Source: Camelus ferus
Taxonomy: Eukaryota
Length of the DNA stretch: 64,000 bases
Direction: 5' to 3'
NCBI RefSeq assembly: GCF_009834535.1
Contig: NC_045697.1
Span: 25,546,001-25,610,000 of the forward strand
Below the pieces are notes generated by a model. It searched no databases, was not told where the DNA came from, and saw only the letters and a list, made by a program, of their open reading frames with translations. The position numbers were made by a program, and so were the translations under genes. Positions 11,224 to 22,586 of the stretch are shown one piece after another; the stretch's first letter is position 1, and each line of letters starts with the position of its first letter.

Positions 11224-11980
11224 AACTTTATACTTCAGCAATTTCTTTTAGATTTTGCTCTCAGAATTGTAATATGCACTTCATCATAATATATTCAAGG
11301 TTAATTCTGTACTATTTCATTAAAAAATGTAAGAAATTTGCAAAAGCAGTTTTATTATGCCCCATCCATAGCACTTTAACTGTCGTGTATGTTACATCAA
11401 TGCACATTATAAACCTCATAATACAATATTATAATTACTTCTGAAAGCAGTACTATATTTTTAAAATAAATAGAGAAAAAAAGTCTACATTGTGCATATC
11501 CCTGTATATATTTACCATTTTTGGTGTTATTTCTCCTTATAGATCTGAATTTTCATCTGGCTATTTTCTTTTAGGCTAAATCTTTTTATGTAGTATTTCT
11601 TATGTGCAGAGTTGCCAGCAAAGAATTATCTCACTTTTTCTTTATGGAAAAATGCACTTATTTGCCTTCATTTCCAAAGGGTATGTTTACAGGATATGGA
11701 ATTTTTCAATGACAAGGCTTTGCTCCCTTTCAACACATTAAAACTGCCATTCTACTGTTTTCTTTTATGCATGTTTTCCTGTGAGAATTCAGCCATTACC
11801 CTTGTATCCTCTACATAATGTGTCTTTTTTCTCTGTTGCTTTTCAGATTTTTACTTTTTAATCTTCAGTTTGATGTTACTTGACTATGACTTGCCCAGAT
11901 GTTATTTTCCTTGTTTTTATTCTATGATAGTGTCTGAAAGGTCTTGGGTCACAGTTTGTGGTCTTTGAATAAGTTGTCTG
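11224..11980 (-). mobile_element. Old L1M fragment hosting the young L1
   Basis: Antisense L1M-like text (ttctctttatggaaaaatgcacttatttgccttcatt...gtgagaattcagccatt). It appears to continue left of 10249. Confidence 0.7.
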
Positions 11981-14049
11981 GCTTTTTCTTTAGGTTTAGG
12001 GCTTACTTGTCTTCTGCATATGGAAGACCAAATAGCACTCTAACTCCACACCTGCCATTCACACCCTGTCCGCTAAGGTAACCACCATTATTTATTGGTG
12101 AATATCTTTCTAATCTTTATTTATACTCATAAACATATGTTGATTGTTAAAACATTAATATTATACTTACTGCTCTGTACTTGGTGCTGATCATTTAACA
12201 AAATATAACTATCCTTCCAGGTAAATAGTTAATATCTAAGAAGTGTCTACATCATTTTGTTAAATACTGGCATGCTATTCCATATTAGATATATAGCATA
12301 ATTCCTTTATGAATATCCAAGTGGTTTCTAGTTTGTTACCATTTTGTTTAATTATAAATAAAGGTATAATTGTATTTGTATTTTAGAAAGATCAATCCAC
12401 CTCATATCCAGAAGAGAAGAAGCCTTAAAGGAAACTTATAGGAAAAGTCAGTTACATAGAAACCATTTACAAAATGGACTTAAAAGATTTGGAGAAATCC
12501 TTTGGAAGGTAATAACATGTAGACTAAGACTTGATGGATGAGTAGGAATTAGGTAGCACAGAAAGGCAGAGGAAACTTCTAGATAGACACTTCTATATGA
12601 CAAAGACAGGGCACATTTTTGTGGAGGGAATACAAACAGTTAATTACTGAAAATTTGAAACTGGAAACAAGATAAGACAGAAGATGACACCTGACTAATA
12701 TCATGGGCCAGACAGTAAAAGTCCCACAAGTGAGTTTGTTCTATGGACTACATTTTTTTTTTTACTGATTTTTTCTGTTTCAAATAGATCAAAATAATGC
12801 TGTTATTTAAAATTTTATGTTTTCATTCTTTTCCTTAAGTCTGTGAAAGAAGGAGCATAATTCAACACAGTTTTACTTTTCCTCAGTTTCCTAAGGGTAG
12901 TCTCATTTGTACAGCAGAAAAAAAGAATGTGAGTTAAATAATAATCATCTAATGTGAAATATGACTATCAATTACAGAAATTCATTAATTAAATTAAATA
13001 TTTGTCAGCAGTTCTATACACTTGCATTATTTTCAAGATTTTCTATCAAAACAATCTCATTAAGTACTGTATGTTAATCAGAATGTTTACCATTTAATTT
13101 TGCCTAACATTGCTTTGCACTTAGGTTTTGAAATCTTTTTCCATTATAATTTTAAAGTAATTAGCTCACAGAAAAAATTAATTTGCAGGTTTGTATAATT
13201 ACACAGATGTTAGTCCGCTACACTAGAAAGAGAAGAATAGCAAGACTCTGTGATTCTCCTTTGACAAGAAAATAAAGAGACAAGAACACGCATAAAGTTG
13301 TTCTTCTCTTGATAATTCCTGTAAATCTATTTAAAAATTGCACCCAGTAGATTGAGCTTAATAAAAGTGTAGTATAGAAAATTGTTTCTGAGCTCCTGAG
13401 ATTAGTGTAAGCAACTTAGAAAACTAATTAGTATATGGGGAAAATGTAATTTAAAAAGGCAAAATAAGCCATATGAATGATTTACCCTTTTTATCCCTTA
13501 GTCTTACATAAACTTAAAGACAGAAAAGCAAAGATAAAGAAATTATTTTCCATTCAGCTGTACCAAAGTTTAAGAATTTACATTTGAGATCAGTTTATCC
13601 ATTGACTTTTCTTTGTTGAGAAAGTTTTTAAGTAAGTTCAGTTGTAAAAACGTTTACAAAGGTAGATATACAAACCTCAAGTTCTATGCAAATATTTAAT
13701 TATTTCTAGCTTCACTGTCCCTCAAACTTGTTCTGAAACATGCAAAAGATATAGCACTTTACATGTGGATATTTATACTGCAGATAAGCCTCATTAAGTG
13801 TTTTAATTTAATATTCATTGAAATTATCTGCATGTATAAAATTAATTTTTACTATGCACATCATTTTATTGTTCTACATATCTACTGTTCCAAATAATGA
13901 TCTGCTGACTTTATTAGTCTGTACACATAAAAATATCAATTCTGTTGACAAAATTGTTTCACTAGTTGGTATCATTATTACTTTATCTAATAAATAGTAT
14001 TGAAACATACTGGGCTGAATTGCATGACCTTATAGTACCTAGTCATTAT

Positions 14050-14305
14050 TAAGACACTTCTCACTTCTTTCCTTCATTGTGTTCTTAAGGAACTTTCCTC
14101 TCGGCCTGCCCTTATCTCATATTTTTAATAAAGTGGCTAATACATGACATTCTTTATCCTTGACTGTGATGTACAATGGCAAACCAGGATTTCCACTGGT
14201 ATGCTGTGGCTGACATCGTCAGAAGGGAGGTAAGATTACCAATGATGGAACTTAAGAAGTTTCAGAATTCAGGTTCACCCTGGATAAGCTTGGATGCTTA
14301 TCTAA
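14050..14305 (+). promoter_or_regulatory. Putative GATA-containing promoter and first-exon region
   Basis: CTTATCT (GATA) at 14111-14117, A/T-rich ttaataaag at about 14125, strong-Kozak ACAATGG at 14173-14179, and an inverted GATAAGC/GCTTATC pair at 14283-14302. Confidence 0.3.
14176..14229 (+). CDS. Candidate first coding exon of the tyrosine-motif gene (donor at 14198 or 14229)
   Basis: ATG in strong Kozak context; MANQDFH|gtatgc (phase 2) or MANQDFHWYAVADIVRRE|gtaaga (phase 0). Confidence 0.3.
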
Positions 14306-14446
14306 TGCTTATTCAAATCTTCTGAATCGGTAAAATTGAGCTGTAAATGTCACAAAGCACATTTTCTCATGAGATTTGCTATATTTTAACTTCTGTTCCA
14401 AACCAGGAATACCAAGAGGACAATTTCTCTTGCAATATCCTTGTAG

Positions 14447-14466
14447 CTCTTTTTCAAATCAGAAAA
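14447..14466 (+). CDS. Candidate 20-nt micro-exon (alternative acceptor at 14407)
   Basis: ttctcttgcaatatccttgtag| acceptor and AAA|gtgaga donor; it can link either first-exon donor to the downstream exons in frame. Confidence 0.25.
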
Positions 14467-14999
14467 GTGAGAACGAAAATGCAAGGGAAAAAACAGACAG
14501 AATCCAGATTTATTTAAATATATATATTTATTATATACATAGGTTTAAAAAATGGAGATGGCAAAATTGGGGAATATATTCTATTCTTATTGAATTTTTC
14601 AAAACTAAAATACATCTGGGTCCAGTTTTCTCATTCAGTTAGTACGTGGAATTAATAAAATTTGTGTCGTCAATGCATTTTCAAGATCAGCAGAAGAATC
14701 AGTCTATGGAACTATACTTCTGCTCTCTAAAAAGCCATCCTGCCAACATGGATACTGAGCAGACCTAGAAGGAACATTTAGTATTTAAGCTCCTTCAAAT
14801 TTTATGCTGAGAAAGAATGATATAAATATAAGAAAAATGTCATATCTCTATAATTTTAGTTACGTATCTATACAAATAAAGCTTACATGTTTATATATTT
14901 TTATTTCAAATACTGTTAATTAAATAGAATGCTTGCCATGGTGACTAATAGTAGCAACGTAAACATAAGCAAATCAGCCTGTAGGCACACTTCCTGCAT

Positions 15000-15190
15000 T
15001 TGACTGTCAAGGTTGCCATTTATTTGCTGTTTGGTCTTGGCACCCAGCAGAACCTAAGAGCCTCTGGTTCCTAATCTGTAAACATAGATAATGATAACAC
15101 TTAATTCATTAGTGTTGGTGAATCTAAGAGATAAGCACTAATCTCCTAGCACAGTGCCAAGCATAAAATTAGTATTAATGTCATTATTAT
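15000..15190 (+). mobile_element. MIR fragment
   Basis: MIR core-like cctctggttcctaatctgtaaacatagataatgata...tagcacagtgccaagcata. Confidence 0.65.
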
Positions 15191-15749
15191 TTCTCTAAGT
15201 TTATTTCTATATGCTTATATCATTATATCCTATGTGTCATGAAGTGTAGAGTAGAGCTTATAATTTTTTAGCTTTCTACCTTTAGAATATTACATTTCTA
15301 CACTCTGCAAAATATCTTTTTTTGAGAGTCTTGTCATCTCTTCTCTACTTTCTGCTCTTCCACTTTTCTGTGACCCAGTAGCCTTCTAATTACTCCCTAT
15401 TTGTTCATCAAGGACATAAACTTGTGTTCCATTTCATTCATAAATTCTTATAGCTACCCTGAGAAATGTGTCAATGACAAGAACCCTCCCAATTTTGAAA
15501 TCACTAATTTCTGAACCCAACCACCCATCTCTCCAGCCCCCTTACTCCCTCACTTGTGACAATGACACCTTATTTCCAAAGCCTTAATTTTAGATCATTC
15601 AAGCATTAACCTACTGCAGCTCTTCCCCAGTACTTGGAATGATGACTGCTTATGAAAATTTCACTCAACTATGGGAAATAGGCCACAACCATCTCTGCCC
15701 TTAATGATATCTTATCAGTTCCATCAGCCCTTCTTTTACAAGGACCACT

Positions 15750-16700
15750 TCATTAATTCAACAAACAGGTGTTGACTCGCTACTCTGGGGCAGACTGTTC
15801 TAGCCTGCAGGAATGCAGCAGTGAGCACAAGTTACGTGGTGTTTCCCTTCTTAGAGCCGGGTTCCTACCGCGAGAGACCTGGTTTTAACCAGTAATCACC
15901 CAATTAATGTACTTACACAGTACATTAGTGTTATGAGCTAAACTCAATGAAAGTAGGAGAAAATAAAACTTTTAAAAAATCTCTTCTTAAAGGGATGATA
16001 GGCATATATGAGGACTTAATACTTAAACTGAGACTTAAGGATAAGAAGAATGAGTAAAATACAGGATAAAGGGTGAGCAGAATGAGACACATCAGGTGGT
16101 AAAAAGAGCAAGCAACAGAATCCTGAGATAGAAGAATCAGTCACAAAATAAAGGGGTGGCTGGAAGGAAGCCCAGGGCCATCACATAAATCATTTTTTAA
16201 AATACAGAAATGTTTGTGTGTAACTGAAAAATTGTGCTCTACACTGGAAATTGACACAACATTGTGAACGGACTATAACGCAAAAAAAAAAAAAGTTAAA
16301 AAAATAAATAAATAAAATTAAAAAAAATCAAAGTACAGAAATAACCCCTGCTGGATTAGAATAGAAATCTGGAATAAAAACCCAATTAACTATAGGATAA
16401 AAATATTTCTTTAGATCATTCTGATTGTTGTTTGAATGGACAAAGGCTGGAGTGAAATCAAGATGACAAATCAGAGAGATATGACAGTATCTCAGCTGAA
16501 AAAGAAAATAAAATGTCCCTGGATTCAAAGATACATTTTGCACATAGGACTGAGCTGGATGTAAGGCTGAGGAAATGAGTGGAATCAAGGATGACTTCCA
16601 GGTTCGTATCACGGGAATCTCCATGAGCACTACTGGCATTAACTAAGATGGGAAAGGCTGGAGGAAAAGCACATTGTGATGGGGGGATACCATGAGTTTC
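15750..16700 (-). mobile_element. L2 remnants interrupted by a young L1 tail
   Basis: cattaattcaacaaacaggtgttgactcgctactctggggcagactgttctag and gaatcaaggatgacttccagg are typical L2 segments. Confidence 0.65.
16212..16329 (+). mobile_element. Very short young L1 3' end with poly-A and TSD
   Basis: gtaactgaaaaattgtgctctacactggaaattgacacaacattg followed by an A-rich tail; TSD aaa(a/g)tacagaaat at 16199-16211 and 16330-16342. Confidence 0.9.
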
Positions 16701-17614
16701 TCAGACCTCCCACCTGGAGTCTCAAATCCCGTGACTTCAACAATGTGGTGGGGATTGATGTATCTGTACTGCCATTTCAGACTGCCAGTATCTGCTTACT
16801 AGCTCACTTTGGTTTTTAACTCATTGGTGCCCCCATTGTTAGCATGTTCAAACCCTACCACTTTGGTTCCTATTTTCTTACACACACACACATTTGTGTG
16901 TGTGTATGTGTGTGTGCGCGCATCTATATTCCGTGTATCAAAAAGCAAATAGTGAAATCTGTTCCAAAAACACAGTTCACTACATGGATATCACTTTACA
17001 TTGGAATAACGTGATGTATTTTCAAGGTACTTTTGAATTCATACCTCTTCATATGGCATGGCTACTAGATATTATAAGTGTAAATGTTAAGTTGCATAAA
17101 TATGCAGAATGAAGTTCAAAATAGGCTAATGATTTGTTTATTCAAGGCTCCAAACCTGGATCAGATAAATCTAGTATCAAAGACTTATAAGTCTGACTGT
17201 AAATTTAGCAAAAATATACAATCTATATTTGTAGTCAAAGTTCTTATGTTAAGATTCTAGCCCTATGCTGGTCATTAATTAATTTGTGATTCAATAAAAA
17301 TACAGTGAATGGTTATACACAGCAGGTACTTCAAATGGTTATACTCCAGCAGGTAATGGAGATTTATAACTGGAAAAATACAGTCTATGAACTCAAAGAG
17401 TTTGTTATCTTTATTTCATGAGGAATGAAAAGCCACTTAACATTTCTGGGTCATAGTGTCTTAAGCTTTAAAATAGGGAAGAAAATAATGTTTGCTTTAT
17501 ATATATTGAGTGTGTTCAAGTGTATGTGTGTGAGAGAGAAAGAGAAAGATAGAAGGGAGGGCGGGAGGAAGGAAGGAAAGGAGGGGGTGGGGGAGAGAGT
17601 GTTTTGTTAGGAAG

Positions 17615-18150
17615 ATAGGAGGTTTTGGTATAGCAATCCTATGATTTCTGCAGATCTCTGCTGTTAGATTGCCTGGGTTTTTATCCCAGGTCCAACACTA
17701 ACTCCGTAAAATCAGACAATAAATATAATAGGAGGCACATAAGTTATGCTTGCTGAGGGCCAGGCACTGCTCTAAGTTGTATGTTCATATTAACTCAGCA
17801 ATCCTCCTGACACCCCTCTGTGTTTGTTACACATTATTATACCCCCATTTTATGACTGGGAAAGTTAAATACAGAAGGTCTAAGTAATTTGCCCAAATTT
17901 AAGGAGCTGGTACAAAACAGAGCCAGTCTTCAAGTCCAAGCTGTTTGACTTTAGATTTCTGTACTCTTTAACTATTGCATTATGCAATACTTACAATCTC
18001 TACATCGTTTTATTTTCTTGCCTGTAAAAGAGAAAATATTACAGTGCCTATTTTTTAAGGTTGTTAAGACTAAATGAATAAATACATGTAAAGCACTTTA
18101 GGTCAAACTGAGATCATAATGAACTCTCAGTAGGTATTAGTTATTACAAG
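17615..18150. mobile_element. MIR (+) split by a second MIR (-)
   Basis: MIR 5' part at about 17615-17720, antisense MIR at about 17730-17980 (cccattttatgactgggaaagt...aagtaatttgcccaa), MIR 3' part at about 17990-18150. Confidence 0.65.
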
Positions 18151-19012
18151 TTTTGTTCATGCACCAATGGCTACATAATAACCTTTAGTGATTTTAATTT
18201 CTCTAGTCACCTTTTATTCTGGATCTTGCCACACTGTTATTTCTCTTATTCTTTCTTATTTCTGTTACATTTTCATCTTAATATTCACATCATCTGAAAC
18301 TCTCAGCTTTTCCTCTAACGACCACTGCCAAGGGCAAGTGAGCACAAGAAAAGATGTGCTAGGATGCTGACAGGAAGATGATGCTGTGACAGGATATTGT
18401 AAGAGGAGGATCTGGTAAGGGTTAGACGTGAAGGTAGAAGAAAAAGTGCAGGCACTGTCTCCTTCTTAGGGATGCTGTTAATGGGGAATCTATTTAAAAT
18501 AAATACCTGAGTTGGAAAAGATGTTATCAAAAACTAACATTGCAATTGAAGCATCAGAAATTATACTCATAATTGTTTTGAGTAGAGGCTTGCAGATAAG
18601 CTCCATTTTTACTTAGCACCTTGGTATTCCTCTTGGTACCCCACTACAGGATGTCCCTCCTCATCCAGGAAGTCTATTTACCTGCCCTAATGAGTAGGTT
18701 TATATTCAGAAATTGGCTAGTTCTCTAAAAGAAAGAAATGGCTGTTCCTTGAAACACCCTCAGGTCTTGACTCTTCAGCTCTTAAGCTCAAAGTGACTGG
18801 TATTTTTTTTTTTTTTAAATAAGATGTAACACCAAGTCTAAAGCCTAAATAATAGCTATAATAGATAAGTCAGGATTTTCACAAAGATGTCAAACTTATG
18901 TTATATACAATATATTAGAATTTTTTTATTTTGATCACTTCTACTGAGATTTGTGTCTTCTCATTATCCCAAAGAAATCATCTGACGTTTTTATTTGTAT
19001 TTCAACTATCAG

Positions 19013-19031
19013 TAATAAACAAAGAAACAAG
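19013..19031 (+). CDS. Candidate 19-nt micro-exon
   Basis: Branch point CTGAC (18982-18986), pyrimidine tract and cag|; donor AAG|gtagaa. The phase 1-to-2 reading IINKETR joins 14466 to 19661. Confidence 0.3.
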
Positions 19032-19660
19032 GTAGAAAAGATTAATAAAACTATAGCTCAAGATGTAGGACACATTGATGAAAAGCCAACAGGCAGCCTC
19101 CACCTTTGGAATCTGTGTGACAGATCTAGTACAATGAAAAATGGCCAGAAAACAGGGAAAGATAACAAAGGAAAAAAAGGGATACATTGATTTAGAAATA
19201 CACAAAATGATTTGCCTTTTCTCTTTAAGGAAGGATATGACATTTAATCAAAGTTATAAATGCAATATAAACAAAGGAGGATTTATCAGTGTTCTTATGT
19301 TTCAATAGTACATCATAGATTTCAAATGCTCATCCATCTTTTATGAAAAAATAAAATAGTGTAACTCCTTCACTTTTTGGACATATCACGATTTGTAATT
19401 GAGTAGATAATTATTATAGCTATATTTCATAAATAGTTCATTTTAAAACTCCCTGCAGCTTTTTAAAGTTACATATTAAAATGCATATGCTTATAATACA
19501 TTTATATTTATAATTTTAGACAGATGTAAATATATATGCTATAAACATATATATTATAAATGGTTCAAAGAGATCCTAAAATACATAGTATTTAGGCATC
19601 AAGGGAACAATATTAAGCAAATGAGACCCCCAAATCTATGTGTGTCCCTGTTTTTGAAAG

Positions 19661-19738
19661 GACGGAATATTTTAGAAGAGAGGAGAATTTGAATTATATT
19701 GAAATTGCCCATGACTTCAGTTATGACCAGTCCAACAA
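19661..19738 (+). CDS. Candidate coding exon with ITIM-like motif (TEYFRREENLNYIEIAHDFSYDQSNK)
   Basis: tgtccctgtttttgaaag| acceptor, CAA|gtatgt donor; 78 nt, symmetric phase 2-2, open frame. Confidence 0.55.
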
Positions 19739-19987
19739 GTATGTTTCCACATTGTTTTATATATATATTCAACATTTAAGTGGACCAAAAAACAAGGAGC
19801 TTCAAGATTATATTGCAAGTGCACCAAGGGAAAAAAAAGGAGCTTCAAAATTAGATTATACACATTATTTTTAAAAATGTTTTAATCTCATTTGATTTAA
19901 TAATAAAATCAATTGAAGCTTGCAGTGCCAGGTGATTGTTTTATGTGTTAGTAATGTCAAATGTTCTTCATTTATCCTTTTTTTTAG

Positions 19988-20050
19988 GGTAGTGAAATAT
20001 TCAGTGGAAAATATCCACAAGTCCACACAGTACAATGAAGTGAGAGTACG
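19988..20050 (+). CDS. Candidate coding exon with ITSM-like motif (VVKYSVENIHKSTQYNEVRVR)
   Basis: Long pyrimidine tract ending in tttttag| as acceptor; phase 2 matches the previous exon. Donor ACG|gtgtga (63 nt) or GAA|gtgaga at 20039. Confidence 0.55.
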
Positions 20051-20707
20051 GTGTGAGGACAGCATATGGCTTTTCCCAAGCAAACTTCAGTTCTTGAAAT
20101 TTAATTTGAACAAGGAAAAAATTAATTAGAAACATGATCTGTGTTAGTAAAATCTTAAATGAACCTTAATGTTTAGCAGTAGAATTTTTTAAAATTATGT
20201 TTATGTATTTGGAATATTTAAGAGTCATGAAGCATGTATACATTTGTAAACAACTTCCCTATGTACTAGTAAGTGAAAAAGTCAGATTTCAAGACAGAAT
20301 GTAAATTAAGACCAGTACTGATGTTGAGAGAGAAAGAAACTTATAAAATAATTATTACTGGTTATAGCCTAGAGGACTATTGACTATTACTTTCAATGCT
20401 CTACATCTCTATATTTTTATAAAGTTTTGCAACAGAATACATTTCTTTTGTATTACAAAAGTTATTTTCATTAAAAACACACATTTTCCTCGCTGCACAG
20501 CCTTTTTGTTAAACAACCCCCAAACTAATTATAATTTCCTATAAAATATGCTAGGTTTATATGATGAGCAGTCCTTCTTCAACTTGATTTGAAAAGCTAA
20601 ACTAAGAACAGGTTAAATTAGAGTAGATTATTTCCCTCTATTGTGAAAATTAGAATGTAAGCCTCATTTTTTTAAAAAAAATCAGGACGTTTATTATTAT
20701 CTTCCAG

Positions 20708-20741
20708 GAGAAATACTGCTGCACATTACTGTTCTGTCTGA
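20708..20741 (+). CDS. Candidate terminal coding exon (RNTAAHYCSV*)
   Basis: ttattattatcttccag| acceptor; the phase-2 frame ends at TGA 20739-20741; AATAAA at 21207-21212. Confidence 0.45.
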
Positions 20742-21658
20742 CATTTTGTAAATAACCCCACATCACCTACAGGGAGAGGAGTTCCCTAATCTGCGGAGAG
20801 CTGCAGGATGGGAGATGCATGTATGACCAGAAGAAGCCTTACTAAGCTTATCAATGTATAACATGTGGCACAGAACATTCTATATTATGTTTGAGTGCTT
20901 CTTCACCCAGAACAATTCAGTTGTGTGTCCTAGGGTACAGTAACTTACCCTTCAGTAATCACTACGATGAGTCACAAAGAATTGGATTCAAAAGGCTGGA
21001 AAGACTAAGGGGGCTCTTTTTGTTAAAGGGCTTATCGTGGTACTATTTATTTCCTGCTGATCTTTATAAATCTTGCTAGTCTCATAAATCTTCTTAGTCT
21101 CCTCTCAATCCCTTTTTTATATGTTAATACATTTTAAGAAGAGAAAACTGATGCCAAGTTTTGCCTAGTATTATTGCCTTAAGGGACAAAAAAAGGACAA
21201 CCAATGAATAAAGAAAATGAATGCTTTTACAATGAGTTAAAGTAGTAAATTAATGCCAAACTGTATACATAAAATAGAGGAACAGTTATTTCTATATTCC
21301 TGTACAAATTTATAAAGAGTCAGTTTATTTATGAATTTACTATCCCAATTTTTTTTTCCACATTCATTTTTTTATCCTGGTAAAATACACATAATAACCC
21401 AAATACTTTTAAGTAACATTTAATAAGTAAATAAATAGAATCAAACGCACAACTTCCACTTCTTAGTCATTAGACAATTTTGGTTTTTTGCTAGTTTGAG
21501 GTTATCTGAGGGTGAACTGGGAGGAAAAAGAGATAAATGAATTAAGACTAGAATACTCAATTCTGAGCACCTTAACCTTCCTCCCTCCTCCAAGGACCTC
21601 AGTACCTCTCCATTGCCTCAGGCTGGGCTCTGTCTGTGGGTTCTGAAATTCTAATAAC

Positions 21659-21788
21659 TTTTTTTCTGTTTTTTGGGTGGGGGGGAGGATAATTAGGTTT
21701 GTTTGTTTTTATTGGAGGTTCTGGGGATTGAAACCAGGACCTCGTGCGTGGTGAGCACATGCACTACCACAGAGCTGTTCCCTCCCAC
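21659..21788 (-). mobile_element. Camelid-type tRNA-derived SINE
   Basis: T-rich tail followed by ctggggattgaaaccaggacctcgtgcgtggtgagcacatgcactaccacagagctgttccctccc (antisense pol III A and B boxes). Confidence 0.85.
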
Positions 21789-22099
21789 AAATTCCGATGA
21801 ATCTTGGTTATTTTAGAAGTTTATTCATCCAGATCTCACAATTCTTACTTTCAGTTAACCTCCTTTCAACTCATTAAATATTCTGGTGCGTGGCCTTTCC
21901 TTGTTCTCTGAATCTCACTTTCACAGCTCCAGTTTCTCATCTCAAATTATTCTGAATAAACTACCTTATTTTGTCATCAATTCAGTTCTCTCTCACTAAT
22001 AATATCAATGACCTAAGATTCTTGTTCATTCATGCTACTAGGTGGCTTCATTTTGTCAGAATCTAGTCAATGCCCATTGTTCTTTTATTTAAAAAGCAG

Positions 22100-22586
22100 T
22101 GCATTATTAATTTCTTGTGCTTGTTTTAACAAATCACCACAAACTTGGTAGCTTGAAACAACACATTTCTCTTGAAACAATCGCACTTTTTAGGGTCATC
22201 CAAAATCAGCTCCCATGGTCTGAAATCAAGGGGACAGCAGGGCCCAGCTCCATCCAGAGATATCTCTGGTAAGAGCAATTCCTTGCCTTTTCCAGCTTTT
22301 ACAATGTTCCTTGCATTCCTTGACTCTTGGCCTTTTCTTCATTTTCAAAGACAGCAGCTTACTATCCTACTCCAGTTCCCACCTCACCCTCCGTCTCTGT
22401 AGTCAAACACCCCTGCTTCTCTCTTATAAAAACACTTTTGACTATATTTATGGTCCCCACTGGTAATCCAGGATAATCTCACCATCTCAAGATCCTTACT
22501 TTAATGACATCTGCAAATTCCTTTTGCTGCAAGTTTCCAGGGATCAGGACCTGGGTCCTTTGGGAGGCCATTAGTAATTCTACCAA
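22100..22586 (-). mobile_element. MaLR LTR (MLT1-type)
   Basis: taacaaatcaccacaaacttggtagcttgaaacaacacattt...aatccaggataatctc...atctgcaaattcctttt. Confidence 0.85.

Noticed and set aside
10906..11241. 111-aa ORF
   Set aside because: L1 ORF2 fragment, not a host gene.
13210..13318. Minus-strand acceptor followed by NYQEKNNFMRVLVSLFSCQRRITESCYSSLSSVAD*
   Set aside because: No partner upstream exon found, and the length is compatible with chance.
14176..14466. Phase-0 model MANQDFHWYAVADIVRRE + EYQEDNFSCNILVALFQIRK
   Set aside because: The splice sites are good, but the next acceptors (18306, 19013) give stops in phase 0. Not adopted as the main model, though not excluded.
21700..21790. tRNA-like A/B boxes (also at 25505-25580)
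   Set aside because: SINE heads with tails, one with a clear TSD; not tRNA genes.
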